Shown: positions 1-13,564, counted from the stretch's first letter. The stretch is 64,000 nt of DNA from Carcharhinus amblyrhynchos (GCA_965287045.1 OZ336872.1:94054001-94118000); one strand, 5' to 3'. Program-made: numbers and translations. The notes: generated by a model not told the origin, from the sequence alone.

Positions 1-1439
1 ATTCCTTCCCCGTTCCCCCCCCCCCCGCCCCTTCCCGCAGACAGACTCAATGCAGAGAAATTGACTTTGCTGCCAGTGGCTTTGGTCTCTGCGGCCAGTT
101 GTGTGGAGTTTCATTTTGTTACAGAGTGCTCCTAACTCCTTTCCACCACCTCCCCCCCGTCCTCTCTCTCCCCCACACAATATGTGGTGTTTGTGACAAG
201 CTGCAAATCCAGTCCAGAGCTCTGCCCGGTGCGCTGAGTCCAAGCGGTGATACCAGTGAGAATCTTCACCAGTTCTGCAGTTGCGAATGGAACTGGATGA
301 GCAAAGTGTCAGTTTTGAGTTGTGGTCTGGCTCTGAGGGCGCCGTGGCCACATAGGGATCAGGATGGGTTTTGACGGGTGATTTTCATTATATCTCATCC
401 CAGCACCCCCCCCCCCCCAGCAACAGCAGCTTTGGCTAAAATGCAGGCGAGGGCGGCTTCACTTAAAAAAATAGTTTCACTGTGTGAGAACCGGTGCAAT
501 GAGAATTTTAAAAAAGGCACAAGTTATCCGCTGGTGGCAGCCGGGTTTGTGGCCACAGTTCCTTAACATTCAATCCACGTCTGTCCTCCATTCTGAAGCG
601 GGGGGGGGGGGGGGGGGGGAGGGTGCGGATTGAGTCCTCATTGTCTTCCCGCAGTGTAAGCTACCTTCTATTCACCCAGAGAGGTCTGGCAAGCAATTCG
701 CAACACGCCTTTAAACGATGGGGGGTTGCAGTGTTAAAGCCTGTGGTTTTCCAGCTCCCTCACTCCCCTGGAAATCGGATTGAGATGCCAGTCAGCGAGA
801 AGCCTGTAGGCACTTTCCAACAAATCCTTAAATAAGATTTACGAGTGTGTTTCAGGCTCCCTAACACAACCTGATGGCCAGCGTCGATTTCATTCAAAGT
901 CCGCTGGAAGAGTTGGGAACACATTGCTGCTTTCGAAGCCGTTCCCTGAAAATATCCCCTCCCCTCCTCTCTTTCCCCCCCCAAAAAAACCCCACGGAGC
1001 TGTTAAAAGCCACCAGAGCGACAGAGGTCGCACAGCCCCTTGGCAGATTTCTATTTAAATGTCCTGCTTGTCCTTCCCACCAGCCAGTGCAGGAGACGAG
1101 TGCTTACCGCTATCAATACATCGTATACCTGCAGAGTTCGGTCAGTGTGCATTACAGGCAGTTTCAAACAGTTCCATCTCTTCTCTGTACAACTCTTCCC
1201 CCCTCCCCACCACCGTACCATTGAAAACAACCAATAAAGCTACCCCTGTCTCAGTTTGCTTCCATTTCACATAAAACGTAACCAGTACCCTCAGATGTTG
1301 CTGCACACTGCAATGCAATCGAACTAACAATCTGCTCAATAAGGAATGTGGTGATGACTCCGAACTTCAGTGCAATATTTCAAGTCGACTCATCTCTCAA
1401 TTGTCAGTAGATGTGTCCGGCTCCAGTAACCTCTGCGCC

Positions 1440-1541
1440 CTCTCCTCTATGTGTGGTATGCTTTGTCTGTCTGGCGCGCAAGAAACAATACTTTTCACTG
1501 TGTACTAATACATGTGACAATAATAAATCAAATAAAAAAAA
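1440..1541 (+). mobile_element. non-LTR retroelement 3' tail fragment (possibly Rex1/Babar-like)
   Basis: ...gcgcgcaagaaacaatacttttcactgtgtactaatacatgtgacaataataaatcaaat followed by an A-run; family assignment from recall only. Confidence 0.5.
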
Positions 1542-1747
1542 GGAACCAGGAATGTTAAAGCGTTAATAAAGTTGGGGCACGGCAGCGGGACACATTGGGT
1601 TGGCCACTCCATTCCTTTTGAAGTGGTTTATTGGCAAGTTGCGGAGACGCAGTGACATTTTACATATGGAATGGGGAAAGAGTTGGAGCCATTTATCCAC
1701 CGCTGCACTTGTCCTCTCTTTAATGGTTTTGCTTCTACACCCCACAG

Positions 1748-1815
1748 TGATTCTGTTGGATTCCCGGTCTGTTCAAGGCGAGCTGGGCTGGGAGGCATTC
1801 CCTGCCGAAGGCGGA
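1748..1815 (+). CDS. EPHA4: EPHA4 coding exon 2 (start of ephrin ligand-binding domain)
   Basis: cccacag|TGATTCTG...GGCGGA|gtgagt; 68 bp; encodes (V)ILLDSRSVQGELGWEAFPAEGG, matching vertebrate EphA4 VTLLDSRSVQGELGW...EGG; ends in phase 0 and joins TGG of the next exon. Confidence 0.95.
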
Positions 1816-4379
1816 GTGAGTATTACAACTTACACTGTCTCATATTGAGAAGTATTCGGTTCCCGGGCTAATGGGAGCATTTGGAGCAGATCGCGGAGGG
1901 CGAGGTCAGGTTTCCACAAATGCTGCCGTTGAACTGAATTAGTCTTTGTGAGCAGAAACCGTATCCTCCCCTCGGAAAACTCCAGCATGTAGAACTGGAA
2001 ACCCGAACGGCCAGGGCTGAAGCCGAGCTGCTTAAGTAGAAAACGGATAAGATCATTTCTTCACCCCCCCCCCCCAAACTTTCCTGAGTGATCACATGAT
2101 TGAGAAAATAAAACCCATTTGAACAGTCGAGAAGCAGCTAAAGGAAACTTAGTGTGCGGATTAATAAAAACTCAGAGAGGTGCCAAAATACAAGGTTGCA
2201 GTGGCTAGCTCATCGAAATGGTTTGAGAACATAGACAACGTAGTTTGACAGTATTGACCTAGTGAAGGGTTTGGCAAGGATTGCGGTGAGTTGGCCAAAG
2301 GTAACCAGGCGTTAGATGGGGGGGGGGGGAAGCCGGTGAATGGGAAAAAGATTCCAATGGCATCAAGAATCGAGTGGATCCCTGAGGATGCAGCCGGACT
2401 GAGGTTAGATCAGAGAGACAGGTCAGCTTTCTTTAGCAGACTCAGTGAACCTGGTGTTGGAGCTGGAATGGGAACTCGGGGGCGGCAGGGGGGATGAGCA
2501 CGAGTTTGCACACAGTCTCCATTTCCAGATAAGTGAAAAATGTCAAAACACAAGTCTGAGCTTTCTGCCGGTGACAAGCCCGTCTTCCCAGACTCGCTTC
2601 AACCACCGCTTGTGACTGCTCACAAGACACGGCCTGTCATTTCCAGTAACCCCGCACCCAAACAAAACAACTACACATTTTCTTTCCATACAACAGAATA
2701 CTCTAAATATGTAATTTTAAAAACCCAAACCGCTGTCTGCAAGTAGGTGGTTCCCTGATGATTTCTTCCCATCATTAATGTCACAAAGCCTCCTCAGTCA
2801 AAATGCTGTAGTTAGTAATTAAACACACTAAACCTCTTGTCTGTAATAGGGATTGCGTTACTGATTCGGTTTCAATAGATACAGATCTGCGAAATAGCAA
2901 ACGCGGACGAGATGGCTACGGTTTGAATGGCTGATGCGAGCTGAACTTGAGCTGTGAATTTCCTATTTGCACCGTGTGTATTTGCACGTTGCTGCTTCTG
3001 GGGCTGGAGCTGGGCAAATGAAGGTTGATTGACAGCCGGCAGAATGGAGATGTGCAAACACGCTTGTGGTGGCGGGAGTTTCTCCCATTTTCTGAGCACT
3101 AAGACGCGGGGACTGGCGGGGGGCGGGGGGGAGTCATCTCAGCAACAGTCAGACCCCCTCCCGGAACCCAGCACCCACACAAGGTCGCTGATTGTAGAGA
3201 CAAGGGGAAACTGGAGTCGAGACTGTCAATGATGGTCGTCTTGAATGAACTGATTTCTCAAAGAAGAAAGGTTTGGGTTTGAATGGTGGGTCATTTAATT
3301 AAAAGCGGGTGGTGGCCATAGCGGGGAGGACACTTTTTTTAAATTTACAAAACGGTGTTTAATGTTGAAACGCTTTCCATCTACTTGAAAGGTTAGTTGC
3401 TTTCATAACATGCACTTCAGTCCTATTTATAAACCCTTGTGAAAAATTAAACAGCCCCCTTGCTTCTCTGCCGCACAAAGTGCACTTGAGGCATTTATTT
3501 CGATTTCCCTTGGCCAATGTTTTATTACAATATGGTACGCAGCCTCTCCTGGTTCTCATTTCCAAATAATAACACCTTCATACAAGCCAACGCAACGAGC
3601 GTGGGGAAGGTGTCCATTGCAAAGCGGGATTTACAGTAAACAAAAAAAATGTTTGAAATTACAGCTGCGCCATTGAAAATAAATGACAGAGTTTAGAATT
3701 AATTAAAAAGGGCGGCGAGGGACTCCAGTCAGTCCACTTGCACACACACTCAGTTGATGAAGGTGGGCGGATCAGGAGCAGACATGACCCCGGTGTGTAG
3801 TTTCATTTAAAGGCAGCTTCTAATTAGAGTTTATCGTTTTGTCGCTAACAAGATTTAACACATTGCACTGATAAATTAAACCCTGGAACCCAGTCTCCCG
3901 GGGGCTCAGAAGGACGCGATGGTCATTGAATCTTTATTAATTCCCCAGCAAGTTCAGGGTAATGAGTGGGAGATTACGGGGCTGACAGGAGGACTCGTGT
4001 GGCGAGCTCGGCAGATAGCAGGTGCAGCTCACCGGCTCCACTTTTTTCTTATTAAACGGAACCAGCCACATTGACAAATGCGAGATGAAAGGGCTCTGGT
4101 TAAAAACCATCTGAATCTCTCCCTACTGCACTCTACTCTGCACAAAGAACTTTCCCATATGTGAAGACTGATTTTGAATACAAACGGGTGTAGTATTGAG
4201 TTAACAGGTACCATTTTAAAAATACATATCAAACAAGGTTTTTCAATATAAAAATATTCAACTTTACACATTGACATCTAATTTAAGATTTTAACAAATG
4301 GAAACGTTATTGTTCAGCACGTTATCCAAAAGGTACATTGATTCCATTCTATACAAATTCCAATTTATACAGTTCTCAT

Positions 4380-4750
4380 CTGTTTCCATGCTATCTTCCT
4401 TGCCTCTCTTTTTGCTGTTGGCCCATACTTCCCCAAACTCTTTGCCTTTACAAGTCTATTCCAGCCTTACCCCATCTTCTCTCTGCAGCCTCCTCCAATG
4501 CTGTCTTTGCTCACGTTCTCTGCTGTTCCAAGTCTGGTTTCTTGCACATTCTCCCCTTTTTTTGCCCCTTGGGAACTATCTCTCTTATCTCTCTTATTAT
4601 TTCACACCCCACCTAAAACCTTCTGCAACTTATCTCTGATCATCAGTCATCTCACTAATATGTCAGTGCCTTTTGGCATCTGCCTGTCCTTCAGGAAGCA
4701 TCTTGGAGTGGTTACTTTATTAAAGGGGCAATACAAATACATGCAGCTGT
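4380..4750 (+). mobile_element. degraded L2-clade LINE 3' end
   Basis: pyrimidine-rich body ending ttaaaggggcaatacaaatacatgcagctgtt; similar to the 3' end of the L2 at 31130-32680. Confidence 0.55.
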
Positions 4751-4845
4751 TAAAATGCTCCAACTTTTGTTACTGCATATACACAAAGTAAAATTAGACA
4801 ATTCTTGGGGGATGCAGATAAATGCACTTTCTTGTGGCAAATACA

Positions 4846-5175
4846 GCATGGTGGCACAGTGGTTAGCACTGTTGTCTCACAGCGCGAGTGACCTGGGTTT
4901 GATTCCGGCTTTGGGTCACTGTGTCTGTTTGGAATTTGCACATTCTCTCTGTGTCTGCGTGGGTTTCCTCCCACAGTCCAAAGATGTGCAGGTTAGGTCA
5001 AGCGGCCGTGCTAACTTGCCCCTCAGTTTTCAAAGATGTATAGATAGGTGGATTAGTCATGGTAAATGCACGGGGTTATGGAGATAAAGTGGAGGGAGGG
5101 CACTTTCATTTGGAGAGTCTATGCAAACTCAATGGGCCCAATGGTCTCTTTCTGCAATTAGGGATTCTATATTCT
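4846..5175 (+). mobile_element. tRNA-derived V-SINE (HE1-like), CR1-type tail
   Basis: head gcatggtggcacagtggttagcactg (A box), gggtttgattcc (B box), V-domain gtgggtttcctcccacagtccaaagatgtgcagg, tail gggattctat. Confidence 0.88.
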
Positions 5176-5224
5176 TTCAAAAGCATACGTTTTATCATCA
5201 AAGCTAATTGGCATTTCATAATAA

Positions 5225-5941
<717 letters not shown>

Positions 5942-8900
5942 TAATACTGTGTGTTTGGACTAATTCCATTTAGACTTTATACATACGTAATTTAATTAGT
6001 GATGGGACAATATGGTGTAAACAGGGATAATTAGCAGGTCCAGTGGGACATTATGAGACGGAACAATGTGATTAACAATTCTGTCAGTTCCAGGTGGTGT
6101 TTCTTTGACTCCATAGTGTAACAGACAGGCTGCATTACAGTAAGAAAATGTCTTGCTTAAAAATAGTTGAGAATTTCATCCTTCCCATCAAAAGTAGGGA
6201 CTTACAAATCATGTTGAATAATTTCATAAAGGAATGAAAGTTAAACAAGCATCCATTATCATAGGAATAATTTAACATAGCACACCCCTAACGTATTTAG
6301 AATAGATAGAGTACCTATTTCAATGCCAAATGATAATGTCATTTGATAATGACATTATTGATAATCCCATTCCTGAATGTAACCCTGTATTGTTTGTAAA
6401 CAATTGGTCATGGTGCTGCCATACTGGCTGCTCCAACACTGCACCATTCAAAAGGTTATAGCTCACAATGAAGTTTTAGTACCTCTATATTTTTGTAAAG
6501 CTGACAATTTAAGCTGATGTAATTTCTATCACTTTACAAATTATTTATTTTCAAACTGCCACACTGCCCTCACTGTTATACTACAGTCAAGGTGGAGCAC
6601 TGCATCATGTCTCTCAAAATCATCCAAATTTAAAGTATTAATAATTTTTTATTGAATTGATGAACTATTGCTGTACCTTTGCTGTTGAATTTCCCTTGTA
6701 GTTAATGCATCTAAGGGTAAGTGTAAAACCAAAGTGACTTTCCATTGGAAGCAACAAAGTAGGCATGGTATTGATTCAACTTTAATAGAGGCTTTAAATT
6801 AAGGAACATTTTACACTCAATTCAGCCAAAAGTAATTTGATTTCTGCTAAATAAAAAAAAACAGGATGTGATTCAAATGCAGGATGTGATTCAAAAATCG
6901 ATAAGAATGACATGAAACAGTTTATACTGGGAGTAATTTAATTTTAGAAATCATTGGTGAATTTTTGGATTGTGAGCTGCTAACAAATTAAAAAATAACA
7001 TAATAATAATGCTTCTGCAGAGCATGACTCATTTGTCCATAAAGTAAAATTACAATTTAAGAAGAAGCTGGAAAAGCATGAAATTACAACTCTGTCGAAT
7101 TCATTTAACAGTCTGGTCTAGAAGTGCTTTGGTTATATACTTTTTGCTTTTAAATGATCCTGTGTTCACTTTTTCAATATTAGTTTCTCCACATTTTCAA
7201 TGTGGTAAAAGAAATGCGCATTACCTTTCATGTATTTATAGTCTTTATGTGATTGGTTTGGTTTGGGCAGTCAGAGGATACTCAGGAACACAAGATATAT
7301 AACAAAATGAGTCACCATTGGGTTGTCCTGATTAATGACCAAATAACAAAGTTGTTTTGAACTCTTTTATTAGCTTTGTGTCCAGGTTTTGTGTAGCTAA
7401 TTATGTTGCAATGTTCAAAAAGAACCTTTTGATAATTTAGACTGATGAACAGTACAGAAGGTAGGACCCCACCCCCCACTCACCAAAACAATTTCTTTAA
7501 CTTAACCAAAGGCCTCTTTGAGTGACAAATTCCAGAACACTCTTAGCACTTGGTGCAGACAGAGCACATACAGAATTGATCATCTGATCCTTTTTTGTAA
7601 CCACGATATTGTTCAAAAAGAATGAATCAGAATTATGTGTTTGGCAATCTAGTGATAAATTCTTCCACGTTTTTAGGCCTGTTCTTCCACTTCTTACTAA
7701 ATTAAGAAAAAGGAAAGTAAGGAAGTTATTGGAAGAAATTAGACTTTGGGTATAATTCAATATTTAATGACTTTGTTCAAATTGTAACCACTTTTATTGC
7801 ACTGGAGCTGCAGTTGTTTGGCCAAGACAAGACAGCTAGGTTAAGTGCAGTGAAATGATGGTGCACATTCCTGCAAGGTTAAGGGTCATTTTCTTATCTT
7901 TTATCTTCAATCTGAAGTTCATTTTGTTTTAGAAAGTAAATAGATTTTTTTTTGTAAATGTAAAAATCCACCTTTGCTGTGACAGAACTGACAAGGTGTC
8001 ACAGTAGGGGACTAGGGTTCTCCCCCAGCACCTCACCCCCATTTAATTCAAGTAACACTGACTGTGTTTGAGGCTTTTGAATAGGAACTGCCCCTATTGT
8101 TTTTGCATGAGAGAATCCTGACGGGACAATTATGGAGCAGGGGTCAAGGGTCACTTACTTCCTCATCCATCTTCCTCCTGTCATTGGGGGTCAGCGTTAG
8201 ATTGATTAAGATCTCATGGTGTGACAAAGGCCTGGCAATCAGCAGTGGTGGGTGCTTATTGTTATTGCAGTCACCGACGCTGGTCATCTGCTGGGGCCTG
8301 AGACCTCATGGGACAGAATTACATTTCCTCTTCCAGTTGTCACTTTCAACAGAATGTGTTAATACTTGAAAGCATTGAAAGATTGGAAGGGACGTATCTG
8401 AGGCCTCAAAGTGACAGACGGGTATTGTCTGTGCCACCTGCAAGTTCATCTGAAAGGGGCAATGATGTCTGACAGACTTCCCAATAAGACAGCAAGTAGA
8501 AGAGAGTCCAGTGATATCATTGTACCAATGATGAAATGTTACTGAAAACTGATCAAAACATTTGGTTCAACAGAAGCAAAGAAAATAATTCAGATGCTGC
8601 CTGGCAAAATCTCACAACTTTAGCTAATTCAAATACTGCTTTGCCAAATCTCACGACTGTTGTAACACAAGGGTTCCCAATACGTTTTGATATAGTTTAC
8701 AGAACAGATTCCACTTGCTTGATTACAGGATGTTGAGTCAGTTCAGAAACTCCCCATTAAAACCTCTTTAATTATTGGCCCATTGCAATAATCCTCAATT
8801 TAAATGCAGTCTCTTAATTATGATGCTTCGTGTGTGGGTTTTATCAATCCAGAGAAAATGTATTCAAATTTTAGTGATGAAGCAGTAATTGCCTTTTGTT

Positions 8901-10384
8901 GAGAGAGTTAGGCTTTATAACATGAAGAAAAATAGACCAGTTTTGGGGGGGTACATATATATTACTTGTTCTGACACATTAGGAAACAACTTACAATCAT
9001 CAAATATGAAATGGGGCAAGTCAGAAATGTTGGGCTGCATTATTTCTGAGGAGTGATAGAATGGTGCACTGTGTAGTACAATTATGGCCAAATTAGGGAA
9101 TATGTAATCAACAGGCTTTGGAAGCGGCACTTACACACAAAGGCAGTAATGGCAGCCTTCAGCCGAATATTCAAACAGTCTTAAAGGGGAACTGCCTTTA
9201 TGGGAAGATGTTGAGCAAATCTTTTTGCCTGTATCGACAAAGTCATGTTTGCAGCTGTTGTGAAATCACTTTGTAACTTGTGCTCGATACAGTGATGAAA
9301 ATAATTTGCAGCATTCGTGGTCTGCCTGGAACCTGGCACATTTCTAGTCTGTGACTCAAGTACTCGCTGGAGAGATTTACTTGATACGTAGGGAACCTGC
9401 CAAATACTTTTTTTAAATCAAGGTGTTGTTTCTCTAAAGGCAGTGTCACTTGTTCTTGTAATACCATTACAGTATGGCAGCTACATTTCTGGTTCTTTGA
9501 AACCAACTGTTTGGTACATTTAGAGATATTTGATAAACAATTCAAAATCTCTAAAATGTTGCACAGAGAAGGAATAACCACACAGAATAATAATTTTAAT
9601 GTGTAAATCAAAGCTACTTATTTGTGCTTATTAAATATTTAGTAAGCTAACTGAACAAAACAGACTTTGAGTATAATAATGTAATTTTGGAGAAAAACAT
9701 CTTGCTTATTGAAGCTATTTTTAGTAAATAATGGATTCACGATTTAGAATCCAGGATGTATGTTAAATTTCCTAATTGAATGAATGCAGTGGCTGACTGT
9801 AATTTTAAAATGCTGCAGTTGACAAAAATCCTTCTGAACTCAGTACTTGGGATTCACATGCAGATCACTTGTGTTTGACTGTCAATCAATGCTGAAAGAT
9901 CAATATGATCTTCCTCAATGTCATCGTCATACTGACCCCCACCCCCCATTCATCTATTCTGATGAATGAACATTGTCAACAGGCCAGCCAATGTGCTCTT
10001 GCATATATCAACGTCCTCATTTGCAAATATCTTATACCGCATTATGCAAAATAATACATTTCTTTTCTGATTCCACAAAGGAAAGGAACTTCCTTTGCAA
10101 ATTGTGGCCAAAGTGCTGACATAGAAGATGAATGCAATTTGGAGACTGTATGTGGATACATTGGAACCAATTTTAACTTGGTGCAGGATTTTGCTTGGGT
10201 TGAGGGGTGTGGAAAGGGAGTGCTCAAACAGGGAGCTGGAATTGTAAAAGCGCGTGAGGCTAGGCTGTTAAAATAACAAGGCCCTCATTTACTGTTCATT
10301 GGAGGCCAGGTTGGACAGTAGCAGCTGTGAGCCTATGTATTATTCCATTGGGAAGTACAGGCGACTCTCTGAAGGGTGAATCCA

Positions 10385-10870
10385 CTTAGAATCCCATATA
10401 GAATCCCACAGTGCAGAAGGAGGCCATTCGGACCATCAAATGCACCAACCACTATTCCACCCGAGTCCTATCCCCATAATCCCATGCATTTACCCTGGTT
10501 AGTTCCCCCGACACTAACGGGCAATTTAGCATGTCCAGTCCACCTAACTTGCACATTGTTGGGCTGTGGGAGGAAACCCAGTAAAAAGTCTGACAACACG
10601 AGGTTTCAGTCCAACCGATTTATTTGATAGTAAAGTGTGAGTTTACTATCAAATAAATCGGTTGGACTGAAACCTGGTGTTGCCAGACTTTTTACTGGGT
10701 TTACCCCAGTCCAACGCCGGCATATCCACATCATGACTACTATCGACACGGAGGAAACCCACACAGATATGGGGAGAGTGTGCAAACTCCACATAAACAG
10801 TCACCCAACCTGGGAATCGAACCTGAATCCCTGGCTTTGTGAGGCAGCAGTGCTAACCACTGTGCCATTT
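10385..10870 (-). mobile_element. HE1-like SINE interrupted by a fold-back PLE-type insertion
   Basis: reverse-complement head gaggcagcagtgctaaccactgtgcc at the right end, tail agaatcccacagtgcagaaggaggccattcgg at the left end. Confidence 0.88.
10574..10749 (+). mobile_element. short Penelope-like terminal fragment with inverted duplication (61-bp-arm hairpin)
   Basis: arms 10574-10634 and 10642-10702 are reverse complements with 2 mismatches; followed by tail ccccagtccaacgccggcatatccacatca, shared with 33301-33330 and (inverted) 38447-38474. Confidence 0.8.
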
Positions 10871-11145
10871 CGCTGCCCCATTTCTTAACAGGAAGTTGCA
10901 TTCATTCAACATGAGTCTTGTTACTGAGTTGCTTCTTGAGGATAGTTACAGAGTGGCGAAGGTTTGTTCCCAGGTTTTCTGATGTCTCCCTGCAGTGCTA
11001 TTTACAGTACCAAGGACAAGGTGGAGATTTCCTTTTCCACCAAGTGGCAAGAGAATGTCCAAACAGCATCACTAGGATTGTCTGTTTGTTGATGGCAGAG
11101 GAAGTTGCAAGAGATCACGCCAAGGATCTGGATAGAGTGCCTGGG

Positions 11146-11500
11146 TTAAAAACAAAATATTCTGGATGCTGGAAACCTGGAATAAAAACTGAAAATGCTG
11201 CAAAAACTCTGCAGTTCTGGCAGCACCTGTTGAGAGATAAAAACAGTTAATGTTTTGAGCCCCTTTGACTCTTTTTCAGACTCTTCTTCAGAGTTGAAGG
11301 GGGGTAGAAATGTGATGAATCTTATACTTTCAAGATGGGGTGGAATATAAAGACAGGGATAGGTGGAAGTTTAGGAGAGATTTGGCAAGGATGCCATGGA
11401 CACAAGACAGAGGAAGTGTTAATGGTAGTGATAAAGACTAAAGAAGGTGCTAACACTGGCATAAAGGTAAGACAGCAGAAGAAGAGTCAGCACTCTGCTG
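11146..11500 (-). mobile_element. Penelope-like pseudo-LTR fragment (family B), degraded
   Basis: aaaactgaaaatgctgcaaaaactctgcagttctggcagcacctgttgagaga resembles 34750-34820, which adjoins a PLE ORF relic. Confidence 0.65.
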
Positions 11501-11537
11501 AAAACCTGAATTCATTGGCATTACTAGATAAGGAATT

Positions 11538-11567
11538 GGCCTTTTGGTTAAGATCAAGTGTCGGATC
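11538..11567 (+). pseudogene. U2 snRNA 5' fragment
   Basis: ggccttttggttaagatcaagtgt matches U2 GGCCTTTTGGCTAAGATCAAGTGT at 23/24 positions; continues cggatc versus U2 agtatc, then diverges. Confidence 0.75.
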
Positions 11568-12635
11568 AACTCAAGATGGGGTCAGTTTGGATTTTATTTG
11601 TCTCTTGTGGAGACTGTGAATTGGATCCTATGAATTTGCATTTGGATTTTGGAGCAGATTCAGGTCTGTCAGGTCCATTCTGAGCATTGACTTTGTAACT
11701 TTAAGAATGGAGTAAAAAATTTTTTCTTAAAATCTGTGGATCAGGAATGGTCAGTACAGTCCTCCTTTTGCAATCTCTTGCATTTCCTCTGCTCACCCTC
11801 ACCTCACTCCTACACTGTTCAGATCGCCTCTAATTGTCGACTTTCCTTCCATGCTGGTCTACCAGCTCTTCTAATGTACAGTCCCTGCTTTAGTTGCTAT
11901 TCCCACTGTTCATTAACTCTCAACTGCACTTTCTTTTGACACTGCCTCCTTAATTTTCATCCAAGGCACTCACTCCCCACTCAATGTAACCCCATTTTCT
12001 TAATATCTTGTGTCATTCTCTTTTACATGCACAAGTCATTCATTCATCTCTACTTTTTTATTACATAGCCACACATAATTCTTTGCTTTTCTTTGCAAGA
12101 GAAAAAGTGCCAAAGTATTTGGGCACAATGTCTGAAAATGCAAAAGGTCCACCTTTAGTTAGTGCAGTGTTGTTTCACGTGGCACTTCGGGGAGGTGTAC
12201 CACTGCTATGAATTTTTATGTCCTCATTGTGACTGTTATCATTCATTGGAAAGGAAATGTACCGGCTAATCTTTGAAAATAGTGCATTGGTGGGTCATTT
12301 AACCAACCTAACATGAAATCTTTGTAATAGAAGCAAAAATTGTCTCAAAGAAGGACTATTAGGCGCAATAGCTTAATGGCCAATAGCCTTGTGCTTATAC
12401 ACAAGAACTGAGGGTAATGGTAAATTTTATTGGTATTGGTATTGGTCTCTTGGTTGACCAAGCAGCAGGTTTTGCTGTAAGAGACTGCAGAGTTTAAATA
12501 CCATGGACAAGTACAGCCTGCTTTGACACTGCTCTTCACACAGGTTGAAAAAAGTGACTCTTGTCCTGTCTGCCCTGTTGGGTGGGTGAGCCCTTCTGCA
12601 AAATGTGCTCATGGCTGCTGCATTTGCACAGGATC

Positions 12636-12932
12636 ATAGAATCTCTACAGTGCAGAAGGAGGCCATTCGGCCCATCGAGCCTGCACAGTCTCACCCAGGC
12701 CTTATCCCTGTAACCCCATGCATTTACCCTGCTAATCCCCTGACACTAAGTGGCAATTTAGTATGGCCAATCCAATTAACCTGTACGTCTTTGGATTGTG
12801 AGAGGAAACCGGCGCACCCGGAGGAAACCAAGGAGAGAATATTCAGGTCCTGCACAGGCGTTCACCCAAGGCTGGAATTGAACCCGGGTCCCTGGCACTG
12901 TGAGGCAGCAGTCCTAACCACTGTGCCACCAC
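12636..12932 (-). mobile_element. HE1-like SINE, CR1-type tail
   Basis: catagaatctctacagtgcagaaggaggccattcggcccatcgag ... gaacccgggtccctggcactgtgaggcagcagtcctaaccactgtgccacc. Confidence 0.9.
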
Positions 12933-13564
12933 GACACATGTTGTGGGCATTGTTGATGCTGCTGCCTTTTCTCTTCCTACACCCAGTACAGTGTACGTAG
13001 AGCAGCCCCTATCTTTATCAGTTCCAGCTTCTTGAAGGTTAGTTTTCAGAAACCTCTTCAGTCAGTAAAGTGCTCAGAATAAACAATTAATCAACTGCCC
13101 GAACACTCCAAAGCTGAAATACTCAATTACAATCTGTTACAGCTGATTCGAGTGCCTGCAGTATGTGGCCTCTTGCAATCCTGCAGCCAATGCACTCTGC
13201 AGCCAACTGTGGCAGGTTTTCCTAACTCGCTGATGAAGTGAGACTCTGTCTTTTGTTTTTAAATGTCATTGGAGTCCCAAATACATCATAGAATCCAGAT
13301 TTAAGAAGTACTCATGAGGCTCCTGCCTGCTTGTAGCAGGCAGCACGGCTGACTTGAAAGTTCAGGGAGATACATGTTGTCAAGAGGAAACGAAGCAAGC
13401 TCAGTAAATTCAGTCAGAGGATTTTAATTCCTCCCACGTGTCGTTCCCACTGGAGAGGGTGCGCAGTTAAAATTGATCCAGCAACCCTTTCACCACTCAC
13501 ATTCTCATTTCAGCCAGAATCTACCTGCTATAGCTATTCTCTGTCATGCCTTTGTGTAAATTTC

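Larger units (their letters stand above)
1..4100. promoter_or_regulatory. CpG-enriched, repeat-poor promoter-proximal intron 1/2 region with long G/C runs
   Basis: visibly more CG dinucleotides than downstream sequence; poly-C near 16-26 and 405-418, poly-G near 600-619; not quantified. Confidence 0.45.

Noticed and set aside
1-1747. EPHA4 exon 1 (signal peptide ending ...PANE-V)
   Set aside because: No ATG-initiated signal peptide with a suitable phase-1 donor was found; it probably lies upstream of the window
1600-1848. 82-aa ORF with a hydrophobic stretch as an alternative N-terminus
   Set aside because: Starts at a non-ATG codon and is just intron read-through into exon 2; a canonical acceptor is at 1747
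7977-13345. Small palindromes (ctgtgaca/tgtcacag at ~7977-8005; aaaggcagt/actgccttt at ~9140-9200; ctgcctgct/agcaggcag at ~13323-13343)
   Set aside because: 8-9 bp stems are expected by chance in 64 kb
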